Of a DNA stretch of 64,000 nt, positions 30,101 through 40,159 are shown piece after piece (within the stretch, counting starts at the first letter, position 1; each line of letters begins with the position of its first letter). Made by a program: the position numbers and the translations under genes. Below the pieces are notes generated by a model that was given only the letters and a program-made list of their open reading frames with translations, searched no databases and was not told where the DNA came from. The stretch is taken from positions 186,001 through 250,000 of the forward strand of contig JAHDYR010000008.1 in NCBI GenBank assembly GCA_019828565.1, written 5' to 3'. Origin of the DNA: Carpediemonas membranifera BICM (Eukaryota > Protista > Fornicata).

Positions 30101-30907
30101 ATGTTTAACCCGGCCGCGACTATACTCGGCCTCAGCAGTGCAGTAGGCCATGTAGTTGCCTCGGCGAGGGATTCATTGTTCCGCAGTCAGCTTGAGTTCG
30201 TCGAAAAAATCGCCCCATTTTCGACAATGAGCTTGTCAGGCAGTAGAATCGATATTGAATACAAGAGATCGCCGAAGCTGCTACTTAGCGGCAGCGGGGA
30301 TGCTATCGTGTCCCCCGGACGGCGTCTCCGTCCATCTTATTCCTCTCATACAAGCTCCTTCATTCAATCCTCGTCCTCTAGCGACACAACACCCTCTAGA
30401 ACATCAAATGGAACATCTTCTTTTGTTGCCCGATCCCCACATGCGCCTATGACCACGACCAGCACCGACCAGCTACAAGCAATCCTCGACAAGGCGACGG
30501 CCGCCATCCACGAGAACCTCTACGCTACATCCACAGGCATCAGACCACTGTCAATCAGGGCCCAGCCATCGAGCACGTCCTCTTCACTCCCCGAGTTCCA
30601 TGTGTCTCCCGTGAGGGTGAGTTCAGTTGGTGTGGAGAGGAAGACGAGGTCCCCCGCTGAAGCACGGAGGACTAAGCAGCCGGTGCATGCTCAGTTCAGC
30701 CCTTTCCGGAAGTCTGGAACACCTGATCCGTCTATACGACTCACCAGAAATCGCCAGGCTTCGTCTCCCACTAGAAGTGTCAACGGCTCGCTGCTCATAT
30801 CATCCAGAGATGAACATGAAGCTGCTGCACTGCTGGGCTCAACTGTAGACAGTGGAGACGAGTGTTCACTGGACGCCGTCTTGTTCGAGCACGAGTCGGA
30901 GGATTGA
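30101..30907 (+). CDS. Hypothetical Ser/Thr-rich disordered protein
   Basis: 268-aa ORF that fills the intergenic space. No recognisable domain and the start is uncertain. Confidence 0.5.
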   Translation: MFNPAATILGLSSAVGHVVASARDSLFRSQLEFVEKIAPFSTMSLSGSRIDIEYKRSPKLLLSGSGDAIVSPGRRLRPSYSSHTSSFIQSSSSSDTTPSRTSNGTSSFVARSPHAPMTTTSTDQLQAILDKATAAIHENLYATSTGIRPLSIRAQPSSTSSSLPEFHVSPVRVSSVGVERKTRSPAEARRTKQPVHAQFSPFRKSGTPDPSIRLTRNRQASSPTRSVNGSLLISSRDEHEAAALLGSTVDSGDECSLDAVLFEHESED

Positions 30908-31201
30908 GCTTGCGACGGTTGGAGTGTGGATGACAATAGCCGTTGCAATGGTCAGGCAGGCGAAGCGTGGGTGTAAACTAGCTGGATGCAGCAGGATTGG
31001 ATCGGTCAACTTGATTTCTTCAATTGATCCTTTCATTTTTGACGTCCGAAAGAGTGTCTGCCTTCCATCCATATATGCACGCCAGACCCCTTTTCATATT
31101 CGCACCAAATCGTCATAGATCCGCCGATTCCGAATCAGATCCGCGTGCAAAACCCGCGAGGATCCTATACGCCCATTCCGAACAAAGCACGGCCGCACGG
31201 A

Positions 31202-32704
31202 ATGGCTGAAGAACATGATCAAAATACGAAGAAAAGACGTGATAACACTTTTGGAACTTTTAGTGACATTCACAAGCAGTTTCTGACCGCCATACTTTCT
31301 CATCCATCCTTAGCCAACGAAACTGATGTTCGTCACAGCAAAACCACAACGTGCATGCGAAATCTCTGTGATTCCGAACAGGAAACAACCATTTTATTCG
31401 AAGATGCTGAGCAACAGTCCAGCGATTCCACAGCACCATCAGTTTCATCCGCCGGACCCGATTCAAGCATGAACATCCTTCTTGCAGACGGCGAAGACCT
31501 CCCAATACGCCTCCACACCTTGCTGCAGGCTACAATATGGGCAGTTCTACTCGAGGCAGGCGCCGACCCAGACATCGCCGACCCGTCCAACTCAGCAAAC
31601 GCCCTTTGGTTCCTGTGTCGGAAATTCCTCTTCACACGGGAGGTAGCGCAGAAAGACTGCTTCTCCTCTTCGATTGGGGAGGTCTACTTTAAGCTCTACG
31701 CGGGTAGACTGTTCGCGAGAAATGACGCTTTCATTTCCCCCTCAGACCGGCCCGGATACCGCTCAGCCCGGGTACCGCCCGTTATAGCCTTCAGGACGTA
31801 CGCAGGCAACACCACCGCCGTCACAGCCCGGGGCGTGTACTCTTGGGGCAATAACTCCCACGGCAGCCTCGGTCTGCCGCACACTGAACCCGCCTACCCA
31901 ACCCGAGTGAGATTTGATTCATTCAAACGGGTTTCTGACCGTGAGAAGGGCCTGCCGTCCTGGCACAAGGACGCACTAATTACCGAGGTGTTGTCGAACG
32001 AGCACCACACCATACTCGTCACGGAGGTCGGTCTCATGGTTGCAGGCGGGTCCCAGGGCGGCATCAGGCCCCAGGAGTGCCCGCACGCCTTCACTCCAAC
32101 CCACATGACCCCCGTCTCACACGGTGCAGCCCTCCTCATCCAGGGCAACGTGGCCATGGTCTTCGGTCACAACAACGACTTCGGGCAACTCGGGTTGGGT
32201 CACACTGAGTCGGTGCAGTCCTTTACACCGCTCGACTTCCCCGTCTCACGGTCCTGGTTCATGAAGGAGCAGACCCTTTACCTCAGCGGCACCACCTTTC
32301 TGTACGCGGGCATGGCTGATTCGATCGGGACACTGTTCCTGCCTGGCTTGGTTGAGGAGATTGCCCTGAGTCCAACGCCACTGGTGATGCCAGGACCGGT
32401 GAAGGCATGCTTCATTGGAGCCCAGATCTGGGTCTTCGTGAGGTCTGACGGACAGGGGTCGTTCGGTGCCCGCAAGGGTGTCGATGGAGTCAAATCATTC
32501 GAGATTTCCGAGGAAGTCACTGAAGTCAGGGCGAAGGGCGCCTCTGCTTGGTTGAACACGGCGGCTGGGTGGCACGGGGTCGGGTACAACGGCAGCGGCT
32601 GTCTCGGTCGGGCTGTACCGATGTGGATGGACGTACCCACACTCGTGATGAGGAGAACGCCGCAGTTCGAGGCAGCGGGGGCTGTGGAGGTTGTGCATGT
32701 TTAG
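31202..32704 (+). CDS. RCC1/BLIP-II-like repeat protein with F-box-like motif (member 3)
   Basis: LADGEDLPIRLHTLLQATIWAVLLEAGADPD...LWFLCRKFLF, GVYSWGNNSHGSLGL and NDFGQLGLGH. Clear paralog of 2927-4570. Confidence 0.8.
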   Translation: MAEEHDQNTKKRRDNTFGTFSDIHKQFLTAILSHPSLANETDVRHSKTTTCMRNLCDSEQETTILFEDAEQQSSDSTAPSVSSAGPDSSMNILLADGEDLPIRLHTLLQATIWAVLLEAGADPDIADPSNSANALWFLCRKFLFTREVAQKDCFSSSIGEVYFKLYAGRLFARNDAFISPSDRPGYRSARVPPVIAFRTYAGNTTAVTARGVYSWGNNSHGSLGLPHTEPAYPTRVRFDSFKRVSDREKGLPSWHKDALITEVLSNEHHTILVTEVGLMVAGGSQGGIRPQECPHAFTPTHMTPVSHGAALLIQGNVAMVFGHNNDFGQLGLGHTESVQSFTPLDFPVSRSWFMKEQTLYLSGTTFLYAGMADSIGTLFLPGLVEEIALSPTPLVMPGPVKACFIGAQIWVFVRSDGQGSFGARKGVDGVKSFEISEEVTEVRAKGASAWLNTAAGWHGVGYNGSGCLGRAVPMWMDVPTLVMRRTPQFEAAGAVEVVHV

Positions 32705-32955
32705 ACGTGCTGATGGCGGATTTTTTATTATTATTGCAGCTAAATTTCGTCCTTCGTTGTTGATTGACGAGACTCGCCTCTGGGCGAGTCGAATTTGAGA
32801 GCAGAATGAGGGCAAGCACGCTAGCCATGACAAGGAACATGCATTGAACCACCCTTCATATTCTTTTGAGTCCGCCGGAAGATTGGCACACTGACTTTGC
32901 GCAGTCTTGAACACGCGCACTTTCACCCGCCAAACACGAAAGCACTGAAAACAAC

Positions 32956-33306
32956 ATGATCGCCTCTTACGAACACATTATTGTTATCAAAAACAAACTT
33001 TCAGTACTAGATCCTACAGAGAGCTTCCCCGCTCTTTCCCAGAGTGAGAAATGCGTCCATCTCCTTGGTAACATCTTCCAGGAGCACAACGGAACCATTC
33101 TTTCACTAGATCCCGAGCTCACAGACACCGATGAGCCTGTGGAAGTGGCAGAATGCGGCCACTGCTGCTCCATGACGGCCTGCGTCTCCTGCTCCGTCTG
33201 CGGACGCCACACATGCCTCGCCTGCGCCTCGTCGTGCTCATGCTGCATGGATGTCTGCTGCCCACACTGCAGCACGGCTGGTGTGTGCCACGACTGCTCG
33301 GATTGA
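32956..33306 (+). CDS. Small Cys-rich zinc-finger protein (Siva-like)
   Basis: C-terminal array of six CxxC pairs (CGHC, CSVCGR, CLAC, CSCC, CPHC, CHDC) with spacing that recalls Siva. Confidence 0.55.
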   Translation: MIASYEHIIVIKNKLSVLDPTESFPALSQSEKCVHLLGNIFQEHNGTILSLDPELTDTDEPVEVAECGHCCSMTACVSCSVCGRHTCLACASSCSCCMDVCCPHCSTAGVCHDCSD

Positions 33307-33640
33307 CTCCCATTCCGCACTTTACTCCATTCCGCGCAAAAGCATGCCAACCTTGTCATCTCGAAAATAAAGCATTCCAGAAGCCCGTATTCCCTTCAGT
33401 CCTCTTCTACCAGCCTCAAGGTTGACCTGGTCTGGCATTCGAACGAATAGACCACATGCTCTGCCACTGCCGCCCAGCCACAGCCTCAACGTCCAGCCGA
33501 CACAGTGCAGCGACACCTCTGTATGCTCCTGAATCATCAACTCTTCGATAACTACCTCCGCACCCCATTCACAATATACTATAAGCTCTAGCTACTTTAC
33601 CAAGAGGGTGCCTAGTCACCAGTACGTCCCACCACATGCC

Positions 33641-35557
33641 CTACAGCACCCAGTGCTGGTACTTCTGATCAGTCAGGTCTGCCTCGACCCCGGCCTTGCT
33701 GAGCTCTTTCACGCCATACAGCCGACTCGCTCGGTCAGCCTTTGGCACATCCTGGCATCCCATGGCGGTAAACGACACGAGAGCCTCATAAAGCTTGCCC
33801 CGGCCCAGCATGTCCCGGGCTACAACCAACGCCATGTCCCACCGATCCGCAGTCGAGCCTATAGTGATCGCAGACGTCTCCGATGACGGTATCAATCCGT
33901 GCTGGACGAACTGGTGTAGTTGATAGAATCGCCCAGAGCGTACTAGGAGCTCGGTGAGTTGCCGCATAACCTCGTGGCGGACGGGGAGACCGTGGCGGAC
34001 CATTGACGAGATGATAACAACAACCACACTTAAAAGGTACGCCGGATCTTGAGTCGTGTTCCGAGATAATCTACCGACCAGCTTTGAGATGATGACCTGT
34101 CCCGCGTCACTCAACCGAGGTCTTGCCGGAACCGGAGGCTGGGCGTACGACGGCGATGTGACGACCGCCTTCATTGCCCTTCCCAGCGTCGTCTGTGGCG
34201 AGACCAGCTTGGCCAGTGGCGAGGCCAGTGCGGCTGCTGGTCTAGACGGGGGAGGGGGCGACTTGAGCTCTGTGTGTCTGAGCGGCATCAGCGATCTTAT
34301 GGCCGCAATGACGGAGTGCAACGGCGCATGGGAGTCGACTGCTTCTGAGAGGATGTCTACGATGTCCCCATGTCGTTGAGGACCGCGCATTAGGACGAAC
34401 ATCACTCTCACGTGCAGCTGGGAGAAAATGTGGTGCCGTAACACCGCTGGCAGTGAAAGACGGACTAAGCAGACAGTTCCGGCGGCCGCGTCATGAAACA
34501 AGTCAGGCCCGAGAAGCCTTCTACCGGGTGTTGGGGGTCTGGTCGAGGGGCATATAGCCGTCGTCATCGGCCCCGCAGTCATCGCTGGGATAACTGGGAG
34601 ACACGACCGGAGAGACATCGGGGTGTCCTCCACGACGTCCAGTTTCTCATCCCGTGGGTCGAGTCCATGGAGCGCGGCGGTGACCCTTGGGTCGAAGAGG
34701 ACGACGGACTCATGGGGCTCCGAGATGACGGCGATGCACTGCTCAACATACATAATGTGGGTCGCGCCGGGTACTCGGTGGCGCAGGAGCACGGGGCGGG
34801 GTACAGTCTGGGCAGCCTCTTCTATGACGTAAATATAAACCTTATCGTGCCCGAGAACGAGAAGACGAAGCTCAGGGGAGTCGGACCCGTCGAGCGTGGT
34901 GCTGCCCTCGTTGGTGGGCTCGGGCAGCGAGAAGCTCAGCTTCTTGGCCTTCGTCAGCTTCCCAGTGATGTTATCGACGAGGATGGTCGCCACCGACTGG
35001 CTGAATCTATCCGAGAAGACGAGGATGCGGCGACTGGGGGCGTGGTAGAGATAGCGGTTCACTTTCAAGGCTATGGACGAGTCGTGGACGGGCTCCGCGT
35101 GCGCTGAGATCCTAAACATCGAGATGCCCGCGCTGCTAATCACCGCGAGCCGGTTTCCATCGATCCACTCAAGTCCGATAAGCGTGCTGCCGTTCTTGTA
35201 CCTGATAGTGGCCTTCCAGTGCTGGCTGTGGCCTCCTATGCTCACTGTGTCGAGCTGGGAGTCCGCAAAGGTCACGAGGAGCTGGGAATCATCGGCGACG
35301 CCGTACGCTATGTACACTCCGTTCGGATCTATGCTTGCTACGTTCGAGGTACACCCGCATTCGTGGCTAATGATCTTCTGGCCGTCGGCTGTGTAGAAAT
35401 GGGCGGTGCCCGAGGGATAGAGGACTGATATGATCTTTGTGGCGTTAGAGTAGTTCACGATCGTGTTGCAGACACAATTTGTGCAGCACTTGGTGCTGAT
35501 GAGAGGTTCGGCTGCCAGTACGCTCGTTATCTTGATCGCACTCGCCGTACTCGCCAT
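33641..35557 (-). CDS. RMC1: RMC1/Mic1 (regulator of MON1-CCZ1) homolog
   Basis: N-terminal beta-rich region and C-terminal Mic1 motif LVRSGRFYQLHQFVQHGLIPSS...ARDML. Confidence 0.78.
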   Translation of the reverse strand: MASTASAIKITSVLAAEPLISTKCCTNCVCNTIVNYSNATKIISVLYPSGTAHFYTADGQKIISHECGCTSNVASIDPNGVYIAYGVADDSQLLVTFADSQLDTVSIGGHSQHWKATIRYKNGSTLIGLEWIDGNRLAVISSAGISMFRISAHAEPVHDSSIALKVNRYLYHAPSRRILVFSDRFSQSVATILVDNITGKLTKAKKLSFSLPEPTNEGSTTLDGSDSPELRLLVLGHDKVYIYVIEEAAQTVPRPVLLRHRVPGATHIMYVEQCIAVISEPHESVVLFDPRVTAALHGLDPRDEKLDVVEDTPMSLRSCLPVIPAMTAGPMTTAICPSTRPPTPGRRLLGPDLFHDAAAGTVCLVRLSLPAVLRHHIFSQLHVRVMFVLMRGPQRHGDIVDILSEAVDSHAPLHSVIAAIRSLMPLRHTELKSPPPPSRPAAALASPLAKLVSPQTTLGRAMKAVVTSPSYAQPPVPARPRLSDAGQVIISKLVGRLSRNTTQDPAYLLSVVVVIISSMVRHGLPVRHEVMRQLTELLVRSGRFYQLHQFVQHGLIPSSETSAITIGSTADRWDMALVVARDMLGRGKLYEALVSFTAMGCQDVPKADRASRLYGVKELSKAGVEADLTDQKYQHWVL

Positions 35558-35724
35558 CACGGTCGTTGTCTGCCCACGAGAAAATTTAAATGGCGGCGAT
35601 ATGCGGATCTGAGAGCCTGGCATCTGCCAAGTGCATAGTTTGTCGCCCAATGGCTGCGCTGGGCTCATTTTGCGAATTCGCAGGTTATGTTTGCGGACAT
35701 CGGACTTCGGCTGTCATTCAGACA

Positions 35725-36461
35725 ATGTCGGCCAATATTCGCCAGGATGTCAGCGCGTTTGTTCAGTGCTTCTTTAATACTCATATAGGCGCTATAATCC
35801 CTTCAGATTCCTTGGAGATGCCATGCATTTGCTCTCCATGATCATTCTGCTTCAAAAGCTGTACAGGACAAAGAATTGCACTGGCGTAAGCCTAAAGACC
35901 AAGATCCTGTACCTCCTCGTGTTTTGCATGCGTTACATGGATCTCTTTTGGAACTGGACGAGCCTGTACAACAACTCGATGAAGATCCTGTACATTGGGC
36001 TCACCGCCACGACGATCTACCTCATCCTCGGGCCTCTTATTAACACATATGACCGTGAGAACGATACTTTCAGGCTTCTATTCGCCATTGTCCCCTCTTG
36101 CGTCATCGGCTTCCTCGTCGCTATCCCCAGGACGTTCTTCTACAAGGGCTCCCTGTCTTTCCGTCCATTCGAGGTGGTCTGGGCCTCGTCCATCTGGCTC
36201 GAGTGTGTCGCCATCCTCCCCCAGCTGTTTTTGTTGGCAAGAACGAGTGAGATTGAGTCCTTTACGTCTTCATACATTGCCTGTCTCGGCGGATACAGGG
36301 CAATATACATCCTCAACTGGATCTACCGTTTCTTCCACCACCAGAACAGGCTGTGGTATGTGTACCTGTGTGGAATCATCCAGACGGCGCTCTATGCGGA
36401 CTTCTTTTACTATTTCTTCAAGGCTAAGCTCACCAAGACCAGGATGAAGCTGCCTCAGTGA
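35725..36461 (+). CDS. ERD2: ER lumen protein-retaining (KDEL) receptor
   Basis: FLGDAMHLLS, CTGVSLKT, RYMDLF, SIWLECVAILPQLF, GGYRAIYILNWIYR and QTALYADFFYY. The main exon starts at 35807 after ...cttcag. The 5' exon and start are tentative. Confidence 0.93.
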
Positions 36462-36681
36462 TCAGGGGGTACGGGCACGAGCTTGTGTAAATGATTCATG
36501 CGAGGTCACTGAAGAACTTTGAAGGAGGGCAAGTTGGGGCCACGGTTTGGCCCCGTCGGCCCGCATCAATACGGCTGTCTTGTCTTAAGTTGTATCCGGT
36601 TAGCCCATGAAGATGGCCGGGATCTGAGGTCTTGTTGCTTGCGCTGTATGCACATGTCGTGTCGAGAACCTTTACCCGTCT

Positions 36682-37146
36682 TTACTCCACAGCGCGTTCC
36701 GCCCAGTCCTTGAGCTCCTTGTCCACGCTACGACTGCCATAGCAGTAGAAGTGGGGTGAATACACGATGGCGCCAGGGGCAAATCGCTTGATGTCGTTGA
36801 TGGCTCGCCCAATGCCGCCGCCGCCGTGCGTTACAAAGGGGATTATCCTCTTGCCCTTCCAGTCGTGCTTGGCGAGGAACGAGGCCACGGGTGGGGAGAT
36901 CGTTGAACAGTAGTTGGGGCTGCCAATGAAGACGACGTCATCCTCGATGGCGGCAACGTCGTCAACGAGCTCGGGATGGAAGTCCGATTGGATCTCCTTC
37001 TTCGCTTGCTTCACGGTAGCTCCGTAGGATTCGGGATATGGAGTCTTAAGCAGGATTCTGTGTGTAGTACCGCTGACGGCTTCAGCGATGCGCTCAGCAA
37101 CGCTCTGAGTGTTTCCAGTCTTGGAGAAGTATGCTACAAGAACCAT
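36682..37146 (-). CDS. Flavodoxin (bacterial type)
   Basis: FMN-binding YFSKTGNT, plus FIGSPNY, PPVASFL and IPFVTHGGGG. Confidence 0.92.
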   Translation of the reverse strand: MVLVAYFSKTGNTQSVAERIAEAVSGTTHRILLKTPYPESYGATVKQAKKEIQSDFHPELVDDVAAIEDDVVFIGSPNYCSTISPPVASFLAKHDWKGKRIIPFVTHGGGGIGRAINDIKRFAPGAIVYSPHFYCYGSRSVDKELKDWAERAVE

Positions 37147-37662
37147 GTCCGGCTATCTTGCTCTGTCTGGTGTGTGATGTGATTCCTGATCCATCACTAC
37201 AGCAGTGGCAAATGACCGTGAACGAGATTTTCCCCAATCCTGCGAAGTCCGCTCAAGTCACTGGGCTGGCCTGCTGATGCTGAAACGAGTCCGGCAAACA
37301 GCACGGGTTCCGTTCAGCCGTGTGAATGCGGGCATGCTGACAGAGTGAAGATGATGACGACTGTGCCTCACCTTGCCAGATCGCCTGCGCTGTTCTTGTG
37401 AACAGTGCAGCTTCTCCCTTCATTGGCGGACCCCAAAAGACCGCTGTCTAAAAATTGAATAGCTCAAACGATTCATTCATGCAGCAGCCTAGTACGACCT
37501 CAGAAACGATTGCCGCGAGGCTTGTACGGGAAGCAAACGGCATCTACTCTTAACTATCCACTAATCTCATTGACAAGATTTTGAGCACTTGTAGTCCTCA
37601 ATCTTCATGATCGAGATTGAGTCGATTCGTCTCAGTCGTGGTTGGTCCTCAGAACAACAACA

Positions 37663-38493
37663 ATGCGTGTCCTTGTTGCTTTCCTCCTTTTTGCTGCTAT
37701 CCTTTGCAAGCACCACACCGATCACTGCAGCAACGAAGATTATGACGTGATTATTCTCGTTGGCTTCGCCGCTGCTGATCAGACCTCCATTAGCTCCCAG
37801 ACCCACCTGCCTAAGGGCGTCGATGCCTTCAGCATCCACGGCTTCTGGCCCACTGTTTCCAACCCCAAGGTCCACTGCCCCGGCAACTGCGGCGGCCCCG
37901 GATTCTCTGAGTCTAAGATCGAGGACCTCAAGCCCGAGCTCGAGAAGCTTTGGCCCACCTACATGAGCAGAGGCGATGAGTCCTTCCACCAGCACGAGTG
38001 TCTGTACCCTTAGTGAGGCTTTGTGGCTCATGCTTGCCATGAGCCCTTGCAATCGCCTCACGCCCCAACCATCTTACAAAGACGAGAAGCACGGCCGCTG
38101 CGCTATCCACGGCAAGGCCGGCGCCGGTACCGACCACGCCATCACCGACGAGCGCTCCTACTTCACTGTCGTCATGGATCTCTTCAAGAACCTCGACTAC
38201 GAGAACACCCTCGCCAAGGAGGGCGTCACCCCCTCTACCACCAAGACATACGAGCTCAACGACATCCTCAACGCCCTCCACTACGGCACCGGCAAGCTCT
38301 GCACCATTGGCTGCGGCCGTGGCAACGATGGCAAGACCTACCTCAACACCATCACCGCCTGCTTCGACAACAACCTTGAGCAAGTGTCGTGTTCGCTTGA
38401 ACGCGTGCATTATGATGTCAGTTTTTCCCCACCGCAAGTATTACACAGACCTGGAAGTGCCAGGGCGACATCCACTATCTCCCCATGCCCTAA
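37663..38493 (+). CDS. Secreted ribonuclease T2, 3 exons
   Basis: Signal peptide and CAS-I FSIHGFWP. CAS-II FHQHEYEKHGRC is rebuilt by removing GT-AG intron 38000-38081. A probable second intron (38417-38448) gives the C-terminus TWKCQGDIHYLPMP. Confidence 0.88.
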
Positions 38494-38772
38494 GTCACAT
38501 AAATCGGATTTAATGATCAAATCAGGCAACCGTTGACAGCAGCACACGAAATCAATGGGAATAACCGAAAAACAAAAGAGAGCTTCGACGGAAGACGCAT
38601 ACTCTGCCTGTCCTTGTCTGCCTGCGGATGAAGAGATCCGAATTTAAGAAATTGAGAACTGAGGTGTGCCGGTGTACAGTAACCCTGCGCATCCGGCACA
38701 TGTGCTCTCAGTTGTCCCAAGCAGGTCGACTGCGCTAAAGTCGGCAGGCATTGCAGGTCACACGGAAAGATC

Positions 38773-39555
38773 ATGGGAGGCAGCATTTCTGGCTCTGTTG
38801 TGGACTCAATACTATGGCCACCGGTCGCATATAGACGTTACTATACTCTTGACGGGCGTATCCGGGACATCGTCATGCTTGATATCGACGAGGAGCGGAA
38901 AATCGCCACCAGGTTCATCTCTGGGTCTAATGATGCCAAGTACGTTATTCTCTTCTCCCATGGCAACGCTGAGGACATAAGCATGTCCTATCACTGGATG
39001 AATATACTCGCAAAGAAGCTCGGTGTCGATCTTCTGCTTTGGGACCCGGAAGGCTACGGCGCATCCACCGGTGAGCCCTCAATCAAGGCCCTAGAGCAAG
39101 GCGTGGCCACGGTTCTTGCCCATTTGAAGACGATCATCCGCCCTGACCAACGCATCGTCGCCATGGGCCGGTCGATCGGCTCATACCCAGCCTCCTTCGT
39201 TGCCAAGAGCCCGGACGTCTGTGGGCTTATCCTAGAGTGCCCTCTGGCCAGTGCCTACCGCGTGGCCTTCGGGAGTACGGGCTCGGTTCTCCCGTTTGAC
39301 AGGTACAGGGTCATCGACAACGTCCGGACACTGGAGAAACCGGTGCTACTCATCCATGGAACAGACGACGAGATCGTGCCCTTCTGCAATAGCTCGCCAA
39401 TGCTCGAGAACTCGATCAAGCGCGGATACAAGGTCCCCCCGCTCTATCTGGAGGGCGGGGGCCATAATGACCTCGAGTCCAAGTTCCCGAACGAGCTGCT
39501 GCACCGTATGAGGGTCTTTTTCGAAACGGAGCTCGTCCCGGAGATGGCGAATTGA
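38773..39555 (+). CDS. ABHD17-like alpha/beta hydrolase
   Basis: ILFSHGNAEDI, GYGASTGEPS, GRSIGS nucleophile, IHGTDDEIVP and GGGHNDLE. N-terminal MG. Confidence 0.9.
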   Translation: MGGSISGSVVDSILWPPVAYRRYYTLDGRIRDIVMLDIDEERKIATRFISGSNDAKYVILFSHGNAEDISMSYHWMNILAKKLGVDLLLWDPEGYGASTGEPSIKALEQGVATVLAHLKTIIRPDQRIVAMGRSIGSYPASFVAKSPDVCGLILECPLASAYRVAFGSTGSVLPFDRYRVIDNVRTLEKPVLLIHGTDDEIVPFCNSSPMLENSIKRGYKVPPLYLEGGGHNDLESKFPNELLHRMRVFFETELVPEMAN

Positions 39556-39931
39556 GTCCTTCCCTGTTTTCGCGTACTGTTAAAATCGGTCGCTTTAATG
39601 TATTGATGTTGTTTTATGTGTGTTGAAATGTGAGTAGGTATTACTGTGTTTCTGATGGAAAGGGCCTTTGGCTGGCTGGCAGAAGCACTGTGCATTTATG
39701 CCAAAACAACTGTGGTATTTAGAGGTTTTATGTGGAGGATTCAGTGTAAAGGTGACTTAAGCTGTCGACCCCCCTGGGATGAACTCCAGAGGACTGAACA
39801 GGTTCAGTCTGACGGCCCACCTGTCGTACACCAGAAGGGTAGCGGACATGAGGGCGTCGGCGATGGTAAGAGCGACGGTTCTGGGCGGGATCTTGGTTCT
39901 CGCTCCAGCAGAAACTAGTTTCTTGTTTTTA

Positions 39932-39961
39932 GACTCAACAATTCTAATCCTGCGCAGCACA
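39932..39961. repeat. 30-bp direct repeat of element B, upstream copy
   Basis: Identical to 41325-41354. Preceded by TTTTTA. Confidence 0.95.
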
Positions 39962-40159
39962 CTACCTCCACTCACCCACTTCAGCCCTCGTCTGTACCAT
40001 CGGGCTGTCGTGCTTTCAGTCGTCGGTCTGCACGAAAAGATGCGTCGTCTGCCGTCCATCGTCTGTGTCGAACGCTGCTGTCTTCTTTCGCGTCTGTGCT
40101 CGTCTGTTACGCGCTCATCTGTCGTCCATTGCCGCGGAGTAACAGCGCTCACCCCAGCG

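Noticed and set aside
37147-37660. Possible C/D snoRNA or hammerhead ribozyme (ATGATGA and CTGATG..GAAA words)
   Set aside because: I found no properly placed D box and no complete hammerhead core with stems. The region is explicable as a divergent promoter.
39779-40159. N-terminal 127 codons of the 419-aa ORF as real Fanzor sequence
   Set aside because: The region crosses the left direct repeat into host flank and has no similarity to element A. It is most likely a fortuitous open frame.
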